From Chrysomallon squamiferum (Eukaryota > Animalia > Mollusca): a stretch of 64,000 nt of DNA. A program made the position numbers and the translations under genes. The first letter of the stretch is position 1. The number at the start of each line of letters is the position of its first letter. The stretch spans positions 7,502,001 to 7,566,000 of the forward strand of contig CM022669.1 of NCBI GenBank assembly GCA_012295275.1, in the 5' to 3' direction. The notes below the pieces were generated by a model that was not told where the DNA came from, did no database searches, and saw nothing but the letters and a program-made list of their open reading frames with translations. Positions 37,948 through 53,203 of this stretch are shown one piece after another.

Positions 37948-39806
37948 ATACAGACTCGGACGGTGTGATGCCATATGTTTGTATATGTTAGAGAGAGAAG
38001 AGAAAGACAGAGGAGAAGAAGAAGAAGTAAAACAAAAAATGATAATAATAATGGTAAATAAAAATTAGAAGCCAACAGAGAGAGAAGAGTAAACGAAGGA
38101 GTGGATACGAACTTAAAAGCAATTATATAAAATAAAAATTAAAAAAATGGAGAATAAATAACACATTCCAATAATGCTGAGCTACGGTGTTTATTGTAAT
38201 TTTATTTTTTTCTCAGTTGAATGTGCAACTTTTTTTTAATTTTATTTTTATTTTTTATTTTATTTTTTCTATCTCTAATAATATTTTAGAAAATAGTTTA
38301 TAGATTATTATTTTTTGAGTCTTTGAAGTATTTTCTTTTTTATTTCATTTTATTTCATTTTTTATTTATTTCTGTTGTTGTTGTTATTATTGCTGTTCCT
38401 TTCTCTAACGTCTTTTATAGATTATTATTTTTATTATTCCAGTTCTTGAAGTATTATTTCTTGTTTATTATTATTATTATTTACTTTTTTTATTTATTTA
38501 TTTTGTTTTTTGTTTTAGTTTACTTTTTTATTTTTTTTTTTTTTCTTCCGTTCTCTAACGTGTACTTTAGAAAATACTGCATAGACTTTTTATTATTATT
38601 CCTATCCTTGAAGTATGGTCACATTGGCAGTACGAGGAAGAAAATCATTTAACAGACAAAACACAAAACTGGTTATTCTGTCGCTTGTTAAATGTAAAAT
38701 GTAACAGCAATAGAAATTGCAACTGTACGCAAAAATTTGGCTGTAATTTTCGTCTTCTTCAGCTAAATAACTGCCATTAACTCGCAAACTGTCCAATGCA
38801 ACACTATCGAGATGGCGATTTGTGATTGGCACCTTGCACAAACCGTGTCTGGAGTTTATCGGTTGGTTGGCACTTTCTACGAACGATAACGCTAACTACC
38901 GAAAAAAAAAAAAAAAAAAAATCCCACCCAGTTTGTGCGTCCACGATATGAATATTCATCTTCTTGGAAAATGTTGATAATTATGAATAATGGCTTATAT
39001 CGGTGTAAAGACTGATTGTCTATAATTGCCACAATTTGTGAGTAAGAAGAAGACTTTTTTTCTTTTTCCACATTTCAAAGACCAAAGCGTAGCTATCGAA
39101 ATCGCATCGAAAACACAAAGATTTATCATTAGCAGACGACAGTTTTTCAAAAGGTCGATCCGCCGAAGAGGGTTAGGTTAATAATCCTTTGAAACAAGAT
39201 ATTACAAGAGAAACCTAAAAGCCTTTTCTTTTTTCCTTCTTCTCTGTCGCAGATTGCAGGCGGTTTGTCATTAGATCGGCACTTCGCGGGTTTCAGCCAA
39301 GGACGTCTACATGTGTAGCTTTGTCCAAAACAGTCGTAAATACAACCAAAAAAATAATGAGCCTACTAATTCAGTTTTTATCTGCAGTTTTCACCCTCAC
39401 ACGGCACAAAACTACACAAATCAAAGCATTCAGTGCAAGGAAATAATTATTATTGATTTCAAATAAAATATTTTAAAGGCGCATATTCAGGATTTTTAAC
39501 AGCGGTTCCTAGCCTTTCTTACCACTTAAAGTTAAGTGTTTTTCATTCTTAGCTAACGTATATTTTATACGCGTGTGTGTGTTTGAAAAGGAAATTGTTT
39601 GTTGAATAAAATTGTTTACATCCAGGAACCTCTATTTAACAGAAATTAAGAGGTGACAATATCACTTGGGAAAAAAAAAAAATTATTGTTAAGCAACGAG
39701 GCTTCTGCTTGTAAGTTCTGGTATCGCATTCTTGGAAAATGCATCGTCTCTGTGATCCTAACTCTTCTGAAACGTCGTCCTTCGTAACAACCTGCTTTGA
39801 TTTGTA

Positions 39807-39884
<78 letters not shown>

Positions 39885-40914
39885 AGTGCTGTAACATTAA
39901 TACTTTAACACTACCTTTGATAGAGAAGCCCCGTTACTTAACTATCATTACAAACATCCTTCAACCCTGCAATGGAAGAAAGCACATTTCTCATATTTCT
40001 TTAGTTACGCTTTAATAATGCACGCACGCGTTGTCTTTCATATAGTAAACAAAAGAATGCTTTACCAAATAAAACGAAATAGAGGTTGCTATGGAGATAA
40101 GGCAGATTTTCATTTTTTTTTTTTTTTTTTTATACAGAAAGGACGAACGTTTGATCTGTATATCCGAAAATTAGATTATCCTAACTTGTGAGTCACACTT
40201 AAAATTGATTTATCGCAAATTAATAGTTTTGCGTAAATACAGCGAGACGAATATATTAGTGTGAATTAGTTCATAACTGAGGAAATAAAAAATAAAAACG
40301 TATACGAGACTGAGTGAAGTAAACAAAAAATAACGCAGTGAAGACAGCCCTGAAACATAGATAAAAACACTTACACACATACATACATACATATTTAAAT
40401 GCAGACAAATGCACGAACATAATAATTATAATAATTATACTACAATCGTAAATTACACAAAAACATATATTATAACGAGAAGAAGCATGTCAAGTGATAA
40501 ACATAGACAGAGAGAAAGATGAACAGACTGAAAGACAGATAAAAGGATAGACAGACAGACAGATACAGAATGATAATAGATGGATGGATAGATAGATGGA
40601 TAAATAGACAAATGAGATAGATATGACGCAACAACGATGCAGTATCTGAAAAATCCGTGTATGGGAATGATGACTAAGTGATAAAAGACAGACAGACAGA
40701 CAGCAGACAGAGCATTCATTTATTTTTCATAAACGATAATTCGCTTCGTTTTCACCGACATTAATGCAGCCATATCCCATTCAGATGTATTAAAGTCCAA
40801 TTTACTACATTCGTCCTGTTACAAATTCCGAACTCACAAGAGAATGTAATTTCATCTTCTGCGGTAAGCTCTTCCCACAAAAATGATGGAGAGTTTCAAA
40901 TCATGACGTCTCAC

Positions 40915-41210
40915 CTCAACCGGAAGATGAAGTGGAGAGGGAAGACGGATTGAAATCGGCGCGTTTTAAACTCGTTCTTCGGCCGTAAATGAGTCTGGCC
41001 CGGGAATCTGACAGACACGTTCTGTGCAATCGTCTCTGCGTTATGACGACTTATAGATACGAGAGGGTTTAATGATGCCAGCAGAAGAATAACTCCCCGT
41101 GAATCAGTCGCCACGACTCAGTGACACGCCGCTTGTAATTGTTGACCGAACGCCAGTCTACGGCGATTATGGGGACGTACTCGAGCGTACTGCCATCGTA
41201 GCAGATAGAG
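40915..41210 (-). other. CpG-rich segment ending in a donor-like GAG|GTGAGA; possible alternative 5' exon of the lachesin-like gene
   Basis: GC/CpG-rich island with a good minus-strand donor at 40915/40914, 4.2 kb upstream of the ATG exon. No convincing ORF. Confidence 0.3.
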
Positions 41211-42860
41211 AAACAAACCAACAAAAAAAAAAAAATAATAATAATAAATTAAAAAAATCCAACAACGCAGAGCGACCTATTTCTGAAACAGTTAGAGAGC
41301 CAACTTGACCTCGCACTGTCGACCGAAAGAGATGGGAGCAAAAATGAGTCATTATTAATCATTCACAAAATCTCGAGAGCGTGTTCCCTAATGCAGTTAT
41401 TATTAGTTTTATTAGGAAACAACCATTCTTTTTTTTTTTTTTTTTTTTTTTTGTTTCAGGTTAAATTTTGACTTGCGGCGTTCATTTGATGGACTAGAAA
41501 AATGTTTAGAAAATGGAAATTTTAAATGAATATTGCTGAATGTGCTACGTTTTGTCAAAGTTGGTTTTATTTTCTTGGTTTATGTGATTGGTTAACTATA
41601 TGTATTAGATTATAATTTGTGTATGTATGTGTTTCTGTTGTTAAGTATGTAGGTTGATATGTGTATATGTTAGTCTGTCAGTATGTAAATATGTCTCGTT
41701 GTCTGTTTGCATACATGGATGGATGGATGAATGTATACGTCCATACGTACGTATGTGAGTTCGCGTTTTTGTTATTGTTGTTCTTTGTTTTTTCTAAGCA
41801 ATCTGTTTATATCAGCTATTTGTTTTAGGACTTTATATTCCTTTCGTCTTTTTTTAAAGTGGTTGATTGTTTTTGAGAGTAATTATTATTATTATTTTTT
41901 TTTTTTTTCCTTTTTTTCTTTATACCCTCGTCTTCCATCGCGGGTCTCTTTACGGTGTTCTTGAAATATCGACAACTCTCTTCCCTTGATTGGCATTTCG
42001 TCAAGATTAGTGGTCAGTCAGTGGACGAGAGTGGACTGGCCTCTTAATGTCCAGTTTCTAATTAACTCTGTTGTGATTTTGGATAAAACTGTTTGATGAA
42101 ACTGTTTTCCATTCTGCGGTTCTCTTTTAAAAATATCTCTGATATTACTGGCTGAGAGAACGTGATTTTGTCAGTTTCACGTTTTAAATCTGACGTAAAT
42201 CAGATTGGTAATTGTTTGTAAAAATGTTGTTTTATTGAGTCTTTGTGTGGAGATCGGAGGTTTTGTTATGAAAAGAGATTTTTTAGTTATTTATGATGAA
42301 TCCAATATGATGATAATTTAATGATGATAATTAAAATGACAATGATGATGACGACCATAATGTTGATAACTATTATAATGATGATGAGGAGAATAATGAT
42401 GCCGATGACAATCATGATATTTTATATCAGAACCTTTTTCTATGCACATTTCATTTCACGAAATCAAATAATTTATTGAAAATGTTTTCAAAGTAAGTTA
42501 GAAACTATTTTCATTCTGAAATACTTGAATGCAAGAGCGAAATGTTAGAAAGAAAGAAATGGCCGTTAATCAACACGTCAGATACGCTTTGTTTTATTCA
42601 GTCTGTGACCAGACGTGTAGAGGGAACAAAATGTCTGACTTTAACACTTTAAACAGATTTTCCTAGCTGTGACGTTAATGTGGACTGTGGCGTTTTAATC
42701 ATTTTTAATTTTAATTTTAATTTTTATTTAATTTATTTAGTTATTATTATTATTATCATCATCACTACTATTATTATTATCATTATCATTGTCATTATTA
42801 TTATTGTTATTATTATCATTATTATTGTTATTATTATTATTATTATTGTTGTTGTTGTTG

Positions 42861-42933
<73 letters not shown>

Positions 42934-43036
42934 CATTACTATTGATATTATTATTATTTTACTTTTGATTTTTGATTTTTTAAATAATATTTTTTTCTTG
43001 TTATAATCTGTAAATCTCAAAGCAGTTTTTCCTCCA

Positions 43037-43277
43037 CTTCCGCAGCCGCGAGTTCTAGGAGTTACTAAATATCACAAAATTACTCTTACCCGTTTCTAGC
43101 CACTCCGTCACACTGTCACGTGACTGTCACTGACACAACAAATTGGAAACCCGACACACGTCAACGAAACACACGTTTCCGTTTTCGTCTCTTTACGAAG
43201 TTGATTGATAAACTGAAACTTTTCAGAAATTTTTAACTGAACTTAAAACCTCTCACTCTTGTTAGGCTTAATAATAA
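43037..43277 (-). repeat. 241-bp dispersed repeat, copy 2 (inverted relative to copy 1)
   Basis: About 97% identical to the reverse complement of 25691-25931. Confidence 0.9.
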
Positions 43278-43495
43278 CAGTTTTTATTAACAGTTTGTTG
43301 TTTTGTACCTCTGGGTTATTGAAAAACAGTTTGAAAAAAGTTACCATTATCTGTACTCTGTAAACTAAATTGCATAATAATAATAATGTATAATAATGCA
43401 ACATTGCATTGGACTTTTTAAAAAAAAAAAAAATTTTCTTTTATTCATTTTATTTTACTTTTGTTGTTGTTATGTTATTCTAAATGTTGCCAAGA

Positions 43496-43767
43496 AAAAT
43501 TTTAAATTACTGTTTTTCTCGGACCAAATAAAGGTAAAGAAAGATAAAATATATATCATTCAAGAAATGTTTTTTAAATAATGACAAGGTTTGTGATATT
43601 GTCACGCTGATTATAACACAAAGGACAGTTCCTAAAATTTTAAATTACTGTTTTTCTCGGACCAAGTAAAGGTAAAGATAAAATATATATCATTCACGAC
43701 ATGTTTTTTGAATAATGACAAGGTTTGTGATATTGTCAAGCTGGTTATGACACAAAGCACAGTTCCT
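43496..43767. repeat. Direct tandem duplication, 2 x ~135 bp
   Basis: AAAATTTTAAATTACTGTTTTTCTCGGACCAA...ACAAAGGACAGTTCCT is repeated head to tail. Confidence 0.85.
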
Positions 43768-45343
43768 ATTTATTTTTTACCTAACAATAAGATTTTCTTC
43801 AGTATTTTCCACTAATGTGTGTGTGTAATAACTATGACATCAGAGATGAGTTTCATTACATATTTATATGCATGTTTTTAACAACCAAAAGAACCGTTAC
43901 CTATCAGTTTTCTGTCAGTCTAAACCAAGCATTCATAAATTTTATAAATTATTTAACTCGAAAAAGTCTGAGTCCTTAGAAAACTTTCCATTTTCTGTAA
44001 TCTGATCATGAATGTTTTCAAATCCTCTGGCTGGTATGTTGACATATTGTACATATTTTTGTTATTATGTACATTATTGTAAATCCACCGTCTTGTTATA
44101 ACTGTTATAGTTATATTTAATTTTGTATCCTCACATACCGTAGTCTAGGGCTGAGTGTAAATAAAGTTCAGTTCAGTTGTGGAGGTTGGGGTATGCAGCG
44201 AAGTCTGAGAACTGTTTGATGTGAAAAAGATATCAGCGGGAAATATTGTTTGTGATGTCACATTCTGGACGAAGATAAATTAGAAGAAAAATCAGAATAG
44301 CATTTATTTATTGATTTATTGATTTATTTATTCATTTGTTTATTTATTTATTCATTCATTCATTCATTATTTTATTTTATTTTAATTATTTATTTATTCA
44401 TTTATTCGTTTATTTATGTTAATTTGGCAATTATTACTTGTCTTTTAAATTTATCTGTTTGCTATTTTTTTTTATTCTTATATTTAATTTTTTATTTATT
44501 CATTTAAATAATTAATGACGAAAAAAACTGCAATAATTAAATGTTCGATTTTTCTTAATACTTTATTCTTTTTTCTTTTCTTTACTTTTTTTTTCTTTAA
44601 TTTTAATTACTGTGTTGTTTTTTTGTTTTATTTTTTGTTTTTTGGTTTTTATGGTTTTCTCTTCTATTTTGTCGTTATTTCTTTTCTTTTCTTTTTTCTT
44701 CTTTTTTTTTTTTTTTTCTTTTTTTCTTTTTATTTCCTTTCCTGTTTTTTCCTTATCTTCTTCTTCTTCTTCTTCTTCTTTCTTCTTCTTCTTCTTCTTC
44801 TTCTTCAGACCTGAGCAAATACAAGTTAATTACTCTATTGGTTTATCTTTTTTTTAAGCAAAACGTTTTTCCCTCCGATTTTCTCCCTGCGTGATTAGTT
44901 GGGCATATATTTCAAACATTTGTCACCAAGTGATCTGATGAAGTCTTTGTTTCCAGTTCCTCGTTAATCAGTCCTTTTTACTCTTTCTCTTCTCAGATTT
45001 TCAAAACGTTTTTTTCTGTTTTCACACTTTCTGTTAAAGGGGCGTTATTCAAATGATTCGATGTCACAAGTGTGTTCTTATTTTTATTTCTTACATTTAC
45101 GTTTCTTTTGTTTCTCTTTTTGTATTTAAGGTATTTTACTAATCAATAAATAAACGAACGTTGAAGGTGTTTGCTGGAGCGGATTTCATATATTATATTT
45201 TTATTTTTTATTATTATTTTTTTTTCTAATACTAATGCGAACCACTCCTACCATTGCTATTTCTACTGATACCAATAAAATTATTATTATGACAGTGATG
45301 TTGATGATGATGATGGATATCATTATTATCATCATCATCATCA

Positions 45344-45384
<41 letters not shown>

Positions 45385-46108
45385 TTTTTTTTTTTTTTAT
45401 TACAGAAAATATCAACTAAAATAATATATTATGTGAGTGTTTGTGTGTGTGTGCGTGAGCGCGTGTGTAAAAATTAATAACAATAAAAAAATCAAATAAA
45501 AAACACGCACATGTGACTTAGATGTTAAGTGTATTTACGACATTGGTGTCCAAATATGTATAAAACTCTTCATTTTTGAACATTGCAGAGGTAAAAGCTG
45601 CATTCTTTTTAGTTTAAAGTAACAAAACACCTAAATGTGATACGAACATTTTAAAATTCAGAAAAGAAGTAAATCAATACGTTAAAAGTACGCATAACCT
45701 ATTTTTTAATTTTAACGTTACCGTTGCCACGGTTACAAAATGCGAAATAAAATAAAATAATAGTCAGTGGGCTTCTTCTTTTTCTTCCCCAATGTGTCAG
45801 GTACGAAACTAAACCAGTTAACTAGCTTTGCAGCGTTCGTGATTTTGGCGCCAAACTGTTCCTGATTGATTCTCTTTAAGTAGGACGTAAACACTAAGTA
45901 AATCAATTACGTGTTTAATTTAGACTGAAGAGGGGAGATTAAGTGTGCACAGTTTCTGTTTATTAAACACACTGATCTTTATATAATTTACATATGAAAA
46001 TAACCAGGGTTCTGCGAAGGTGTGAAAACAAACAATGCAGGCAATCACAACTCTTTTCCGTTATTTTTCCTAACAGAAGAAAATTAATTGCTAGTAAACG
46101 TTTTTTCC

Positions 46109-46140
<32 letters not shown>

Positions 46141-46296
46141 TGAAAGAAAAAAAAAAAAAAAAAATTAGCTGTTTCAAGCGTCTTTTTTTTTTTCCATTGG
46201 TTAACGGAAAAACACAAAAACAATGAGAAAAAGGAAAAAGATTTTTATGAAAAAAGCTGTTTCATGTCTGAAGACGTTTTCTGTTTTTTCGTCAGA

Positions 46297-46339
<43 letters not shown>

Positions 46340-46619
46340 TGAGACCATTATGTTATTTGTTTAGATAACAATTGAAATTACAGTTAAAATAAAAAAAATA
46401 AAATCAATTTTTCTGAAAAATTCCAGTAATATCTGAAATTTTGAGTAAAATAGTTTCTTTCAACCATTATTATGATTTTTTTTTTTTTTTTTATAGCTGG
46501 TAAGTACCTCATTTATATTCGACCAAACTACGAACTACTCCTATCCAAGAGTTGATCTGACAGTAAAAATAGTACCTGTATCTGTATGTTTGTGTGTGTG
46601 TGCGTGTATATATATATGC

Positions 46620-46745
<126 letters not shown>

Positions 46746-47150
46746 GTATGTTGTGTGTATATGTATGTGTGTATGTATGCATGTATGATAGAAAAATAAC
46801 CAACTTTAAATAAAAATAAATTTCCACTTTCTCGAGTTGGTTTTGCAGCATACGACTGAGCCCCTTTAAGAGTCCGATCCTAGCATTCACGTCCAGTCCG
46901 AGGCAGATCCTGAAGACAACGCAGTGGCAACGCCATAGCGTGACTGCACAGTCGTACACGATGCAAGCAAATGATGCCAATATGGCGAGCTTGTTCTTAT
47001 TGATCTGTCATTTCAAAATCAATAGGCCAAGTTGTATGTGTGTGTAAAACTTATCTGATAGCGAGTTATTGCATCACTAGAACAACTTTCTCAGAATTGA
47101 GATAGTATCGATTCTATTGACTGTGTTAAGTGATGATGCATAGGTTACTG

Positions 47151-47192
<42 letters not shown>

Positions 47193-47741
47193 CCTTCGCG
47201 TTCCTTTTCCATGATGACTGTTTTTATCTCTGAGATTTGTAGAGTGAAACAGTAATACGCTGTGTGCGAGTTTCAAACAGATAATAAAATGTTTTACGAT
47301 GTTAAGTATTTCTCTGAATGGATTTGCTGTTATAAAAATGCTATCTTGTTGTTGCTGATGCTTTTAGAATGCTTTCGTATTATAGAAAAATGGTTTAAAA
47401 GTCATCCTGTTGCAGTGAAAGGCTTAGAATGTTTCAAACTGGCGTTATACACTTAGTGATGTACATGCGTGAGAGAGGAAGACAGACAAACAGACAGACA
47501 GACAAAAGGACGAGGAGAAAGAGACAGAGAGGCAGGGAAAGAGGGACGAAGAAAGGAAATGAAGGAGAGAAAAGGAAATGGAAAGAGAGATGGAGAAAGG
47601 GAGTGAAGAACAGTGAGAAAGAATTAGAAAGGGAACTGAAGAACTCAGTATATTCCCGCAATTAATTTAACTCTGTGATTTTTATTTTTTATTTTATTTG
47701 GTTATTGTTTTTGTAATTTTTATTTATTATTATTATTGTTA

Positions 47742-47855
<114 letters not shown>

Positions 47856-49907
47856 TTTTAATTATTTATATTTGCACTAGGCTATATCATTATTATTAAA
47901 CAAAACATAATACATATATGCGAGGTTAATGAACAGAAGCTACATACTGATACAGAAAATCTCTCCTCGGTAGATAATAATAAAGTTATAATGAAAATGA
48001 GTGAGAGGTGAAAGGTAGATAAATGTTGGTGATTGTGAGCGAGCAAGACAGAGAGAGACACAGAAAGAGAGAAAAAGACAGACAGACAGACAAACAGAAA
48101 GAGACAAAGAGAAAGGAGAGGGAGAGATCGAAAGAGAAAGCGAGAGGTAGGTAGGAAAGAAGAAGGAAGGACAGAAAGTGAGAATAGGAAAACACGAAGA
48201 ACGGAAATGCAGGAAGATAATGTAATTATAGTTGTTGTACATTCATTCACTTAGACGTGAGATGACAGAGCTCTGAGTGTTCCTAGAGACAAAGAACCGA
48301 GAGGAAACGAGCGTCATTACCCGTCCAAGAGAGAAACCACGTCAGGAAATAACCGAGAAAGAGATTTGCAGTCTCGTCGGCATCTGCAGATCACTGAGAG
48401 GGAGAAATCAAAGAAACAAGCAAATAAGCAGGCTTAATGATATTCCAAATCACAGGTTTAATTACTAGCACTAACTAACTAGCTCTTGTTTTTACCGATT
48501 TCATCTAAGACAGGAATTGCAGTGGGTGGGTGGGGGAAGACAAGAAGTTTACAGTCATGTTTTACGATGCGAGATTTTCAAAAAGGTATTAGTATTAGTT
48601 GTAATTGTAGTAGTGATGGTGGTAGTAATAGTAGTTGTAATAATAGCAGTAGTAGTAGCAGCAACAGTAGTAGTCGTGGTAGTAGTAGTACTTACAATAA
48701 GTAGTTTAGCAACAGAAGTAGAATAAGTTGCAGCTGTAGTAGAAAAAGTAGTATTAGTAGTAGAAATATTAGTTGAAGTAATAGGGGTAATATGGGATGG
48801 TAGTAGCAGCGAAGCATTGTTGATGGTGGTGGTATATATGAGCAGTTTTAACGTGAGAGACACAAAGCCAAAGAGAGACAAAAAGAAAGACAGAAAGACA
48901 GACAGACTTATATGGATTTATAGACAAATAAACGAATTAACAATATCGTTTATGATATTACTTTATGTTTGCAGTGGGAACTAATCTATCATATTTCAGC
49001 TATTAAATTACGTAATAAAATCAATATATCTTACTTAGTCACGTGATCCAGGTTTCAAAGTAAAATGAGTAATCAATCATTATGTTTATAACTTAATAGG
49101 GTTACTAAAACTCTTCATTATATTAATTAAATCACAGGTCATGTGTCTGCGTTAATTTTTGTCTGCCTAAGAAATAATACTCTGAACAGAATCAAAATGG
49201 CGGATCCACTGTAGTATGTGGTGTAGGTAGAAAAGAATTACTCTTTAAATTCTATTTTATTTATTTTAATATCAATACGGAATACTGTAAACACCCTCAC
49301 GATTTTTGAATATTAGATCTGCCTCTACGCCTGGAAATTTAATGGGGTAAAAAGGAAACTGATATTAATTAATTACAACTTTCCGTTGTTAAGAATTCGT
49401 GAGGCAAATGAAAGAAAGGAAATGATTTCTGATATATTTACTAATCTGTACTGTCTATTCAAATGGTTTCTCTTCCAAAATCAATACCCACAAGAAAAAA
49501 AACAACAAAATATCGTTATCAGAGCAATTAGGCGCTTTTCACTTTGAATTTCCCATCATTTCACAATAAATTCGATGATTGCCGAAGATGTACGATTAAA
49601 GAACCGGAAGTGTGCGCCATTGATATGGCTCCATTAGGACGCGGTTCATTTCAAAGCGAAAAAAAAAAAATCTGTTAACATCTTGAGATTTGAATATGCA
49701 AAAAAAAATGTAATGGTTGAATATATGTGTACGAGAGGTTTTTGAAAAGATTTCTAAGTAGTTTTGTCACGAATTTGTGTTAAATTAGTTTAGTTTTGAG
49801 AGCTGGAAATAAATCTTGTTATGATTTCATCAGAAAATGCATATTTTCTTAATAATTGAAAAGTTTGTTTTTATATATTATATTATGAGTAGTATTATTA
49901 TTATTAT

Positions 49908-49943
<36 letters not shown>

Positions 49944-50223
49944 AAGTAGTAGTATTTTAACAAACCATGTATTATAATTGCTCGTTTGTCATTCCGAATA
50001 ATTCACCAACCCCAAAAAGGGATATTTTGAATTTAAAGTTAAACATTCAGACGAAGAAAAAATTCTACAACAGCACAAACAATAACCTCTTCAAAATCTC
50101 TAATTTTTTTTTTTATTTTATTATTATTATTATTGTTATTAATTTTCATGCGAGTTTTACATGCTTAAAAAAGTAAAGCAAACACAGATACAAAGAAATA
50201 GGTACTCAAGTTAGCTAATGGAA

Positions 50224-50337
<114 letters not shown>

Positions 50338-51176
50338 AATTAAAATACTTACATATGTGCAGTCTGATGTAATGAATGTTTTGAGAGAGAGAGTTTGTGT
50401 GTGTCAATCGAAAAGATCTGTAGAAACGATCATACAGAGAAAAATAAAGCCGACAAATCGAGAGTGCAACTTTGCAGAGAATGAAATGCATCATAAATAA
50501 TAAAAAAAAAACAGAAAAGGGTTTGAAAAAATATTTTTGTAAAAATAATTGAAACATCTTTTAAAATATTTCTTGGATCAGTCACTATCGGAATCAGAAT
50601 CTCAGATTTTCAATATTTAACCGTATGATTTTGTAATCTCCCTCGAGATGTAACTTGCCGATTGGTCACATCTGCCACAATAACAGTAAACTTTAGCCAA
50701 TTAGATTTGAAGCCAGTCGATAATTTTTGGCGCATAATTGTTCATAACCGTTAATAGAGTTATCTTCCCCTGATTGTCGATTAACGGATAAATACTTCAT
50801 TTCGCCCGCGTCTGCCTTTTATTACTTAATGTCGAAACTGATTGCACGTGCACGTGTTTGGCGACTTTAGCCGGACCTGTCATAATGAAACGAACTGGCC
50901 ATGTGACCTCCAAGAGACCCGGATGAGAGTGAAAATGACAAAAGAGATTAGTGGTCAGTGTTATTTACGAGGAGGCTGAAAACCAAATTGTTTTCGTTAA
51001 GAGGGGAGGAGGGTTATCCGTAACAGCCCTTTTATAATTATTTTGAACTTTGGATATGATACAGAGAGAGAGAGAGAGAGAGGGAGATGTGGCGACTGAC
51101 TGGTTTAGTTTTTTAGATACACAGAAAGAAAGACAAATAAATAAAGATGGAAATGAATATATATTATATATACCGG

Positions 51177-51216
<40 letters not shown>

Positions 51217-52469
51217 ATGTGTATTGTTGTTGTTGTTTGTTTGTTTAGGGTTTTGTTGTTGTTGTTGTGGTGTTTTGGTGGTGTTTTTTTCCTCCACAAG
51301 AGGAATGGTAAATTTACTTCGTTATGTTGTTGCCTTTTTCCTTTTATTTATTTTCCAGTTAATCTACTTACACAGAACAATTTTTTTTTTTTTAAATTAG
51401 CAACTAAAAACTACGAAAACTATATCAGCGAAGGACGCAGTGCAATAAAATGATGTTATGTTGTTGATTCAGTTTAATTCAAATCATTATAAGAAGTGCT
51501 AAATGCAATTTAAAAAAAAAAAAAAAAGAGAATAAAATACGCCAACGTCAACAAAGAAAAAAAGTGGCATTATAAATCCGTCTGAACACAAAATCATTTA
51601 TTAAAAAATAGTATGAGTATTTATTTCAATAATTCAAGCTCAGTTTGCTAACTAAATTAATCTGTTAACAAATTAAATAAAATTACAATGCTAAACACAG
51701 CTATTAACTGACATCATGAAATCTCACACAAGTGAGAGAAACTGTTATTTGTTGCTTTCACGAAAAATAAAGTCAGAAACTCCGCAAATCCGCCTTTCGT
51801 GATACATCTTCATTTTGCTTGATCGTCAAGCTTCGTCGTTTGTCGTAAAGCCTCCGATAACCAAATTGACGATGATTGACGGAAATTCCTCCAAATCTCG
51901 TAGAGCACCGCATACGATACCGCGGCAATAAAACAGTTGTTTGACGGAAACCAGTGGCGTTTATTGTGATAACGTTGTTGAGCGTGAAATCAATTAGAAA
52001 ACGTGTTGATAAATATTGACAAGGTGTAACGCAATATGGCGTTGATTCGCCGTTGGCGTTGATAAAGCGAACACTTCACTTTTCTATCGGGTTATTTGTT
52101 ACAGTATAAATACCAAAGCCTACACTCGTGGTCTTAAGGTCGCGACGCTAAACAAGTCGCTGGGAAAAACGTTTCTAATAACTCGTTTGATTGAGCTCAC
52201 ATTCTCCTCTCTTTGAAATAAACTGTACAGTCTTGTCGCCCTCTGACCGCTCTTCGTTTTTTTTTTATGTTTCTTTTCTAAATTCATTGATTCGTCCTTG
52301 TCTTAAGGGCGACATTTTTGAAAAATATTAAATTTGTAAACATGAAGTGTAATAAATAAATTATTAGTTGTCTCTGATGTCTGCCTATTGTTAATTTTTT
52401 TTTTTATTTTTTTTTTTATTTTTTTATTTATATACTCTTTTTTTAATGTCTTTCTATATTGTTTATTGT

Positions 52470-52563
<94 letters not shown>

Positions 52564-52896
52564 AATATAATTTTGACTGTGCTTAGATGCTTATTTAAAC
52601 ATGGATAAACAGGCAAGACAATGCAAATTCTGGCACAGCACTAAATTGATGTTTTTATCTGCATTGTTTTGTCACAAAGACTACATGTTAATCACTTTCT
52701 AATTGCTAGTACAGTGACGTACATTACATCTGCAAACAATGGGTTATTGTTATATGTGCAGTCATAGTCACTTAACAGCTGTGGTTTAATAAAGTGACAA
52801 AGTGAAGAGATAAATACTTTGACAACCGAATTAGTGCATGCTAATTAGTTATATTCTACAATATGTTAGTTAAACAAACAGAGGGAGGGAGGGAGG

Positions 52897-53015
<119 letters not shown>

Positions 53016-53093
53016 ATATGCAAGCAGAGATACACAGAAACAGACCTATACATAGAGATGGAGACAGAGAGTCAGAGACAGAAACAGACAGAC

Positions 53094-53203
<110 letters not shown>

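Noticed and set aside
49198-49326. Possible small MITE with GGCGGATCCA / TAGATCTGCC ends (similar end at ~29347-29360)
   Set aside because: The inverted termini are short and imperfect and no clear TSD is visible, so it cannot be supported from the window alone.
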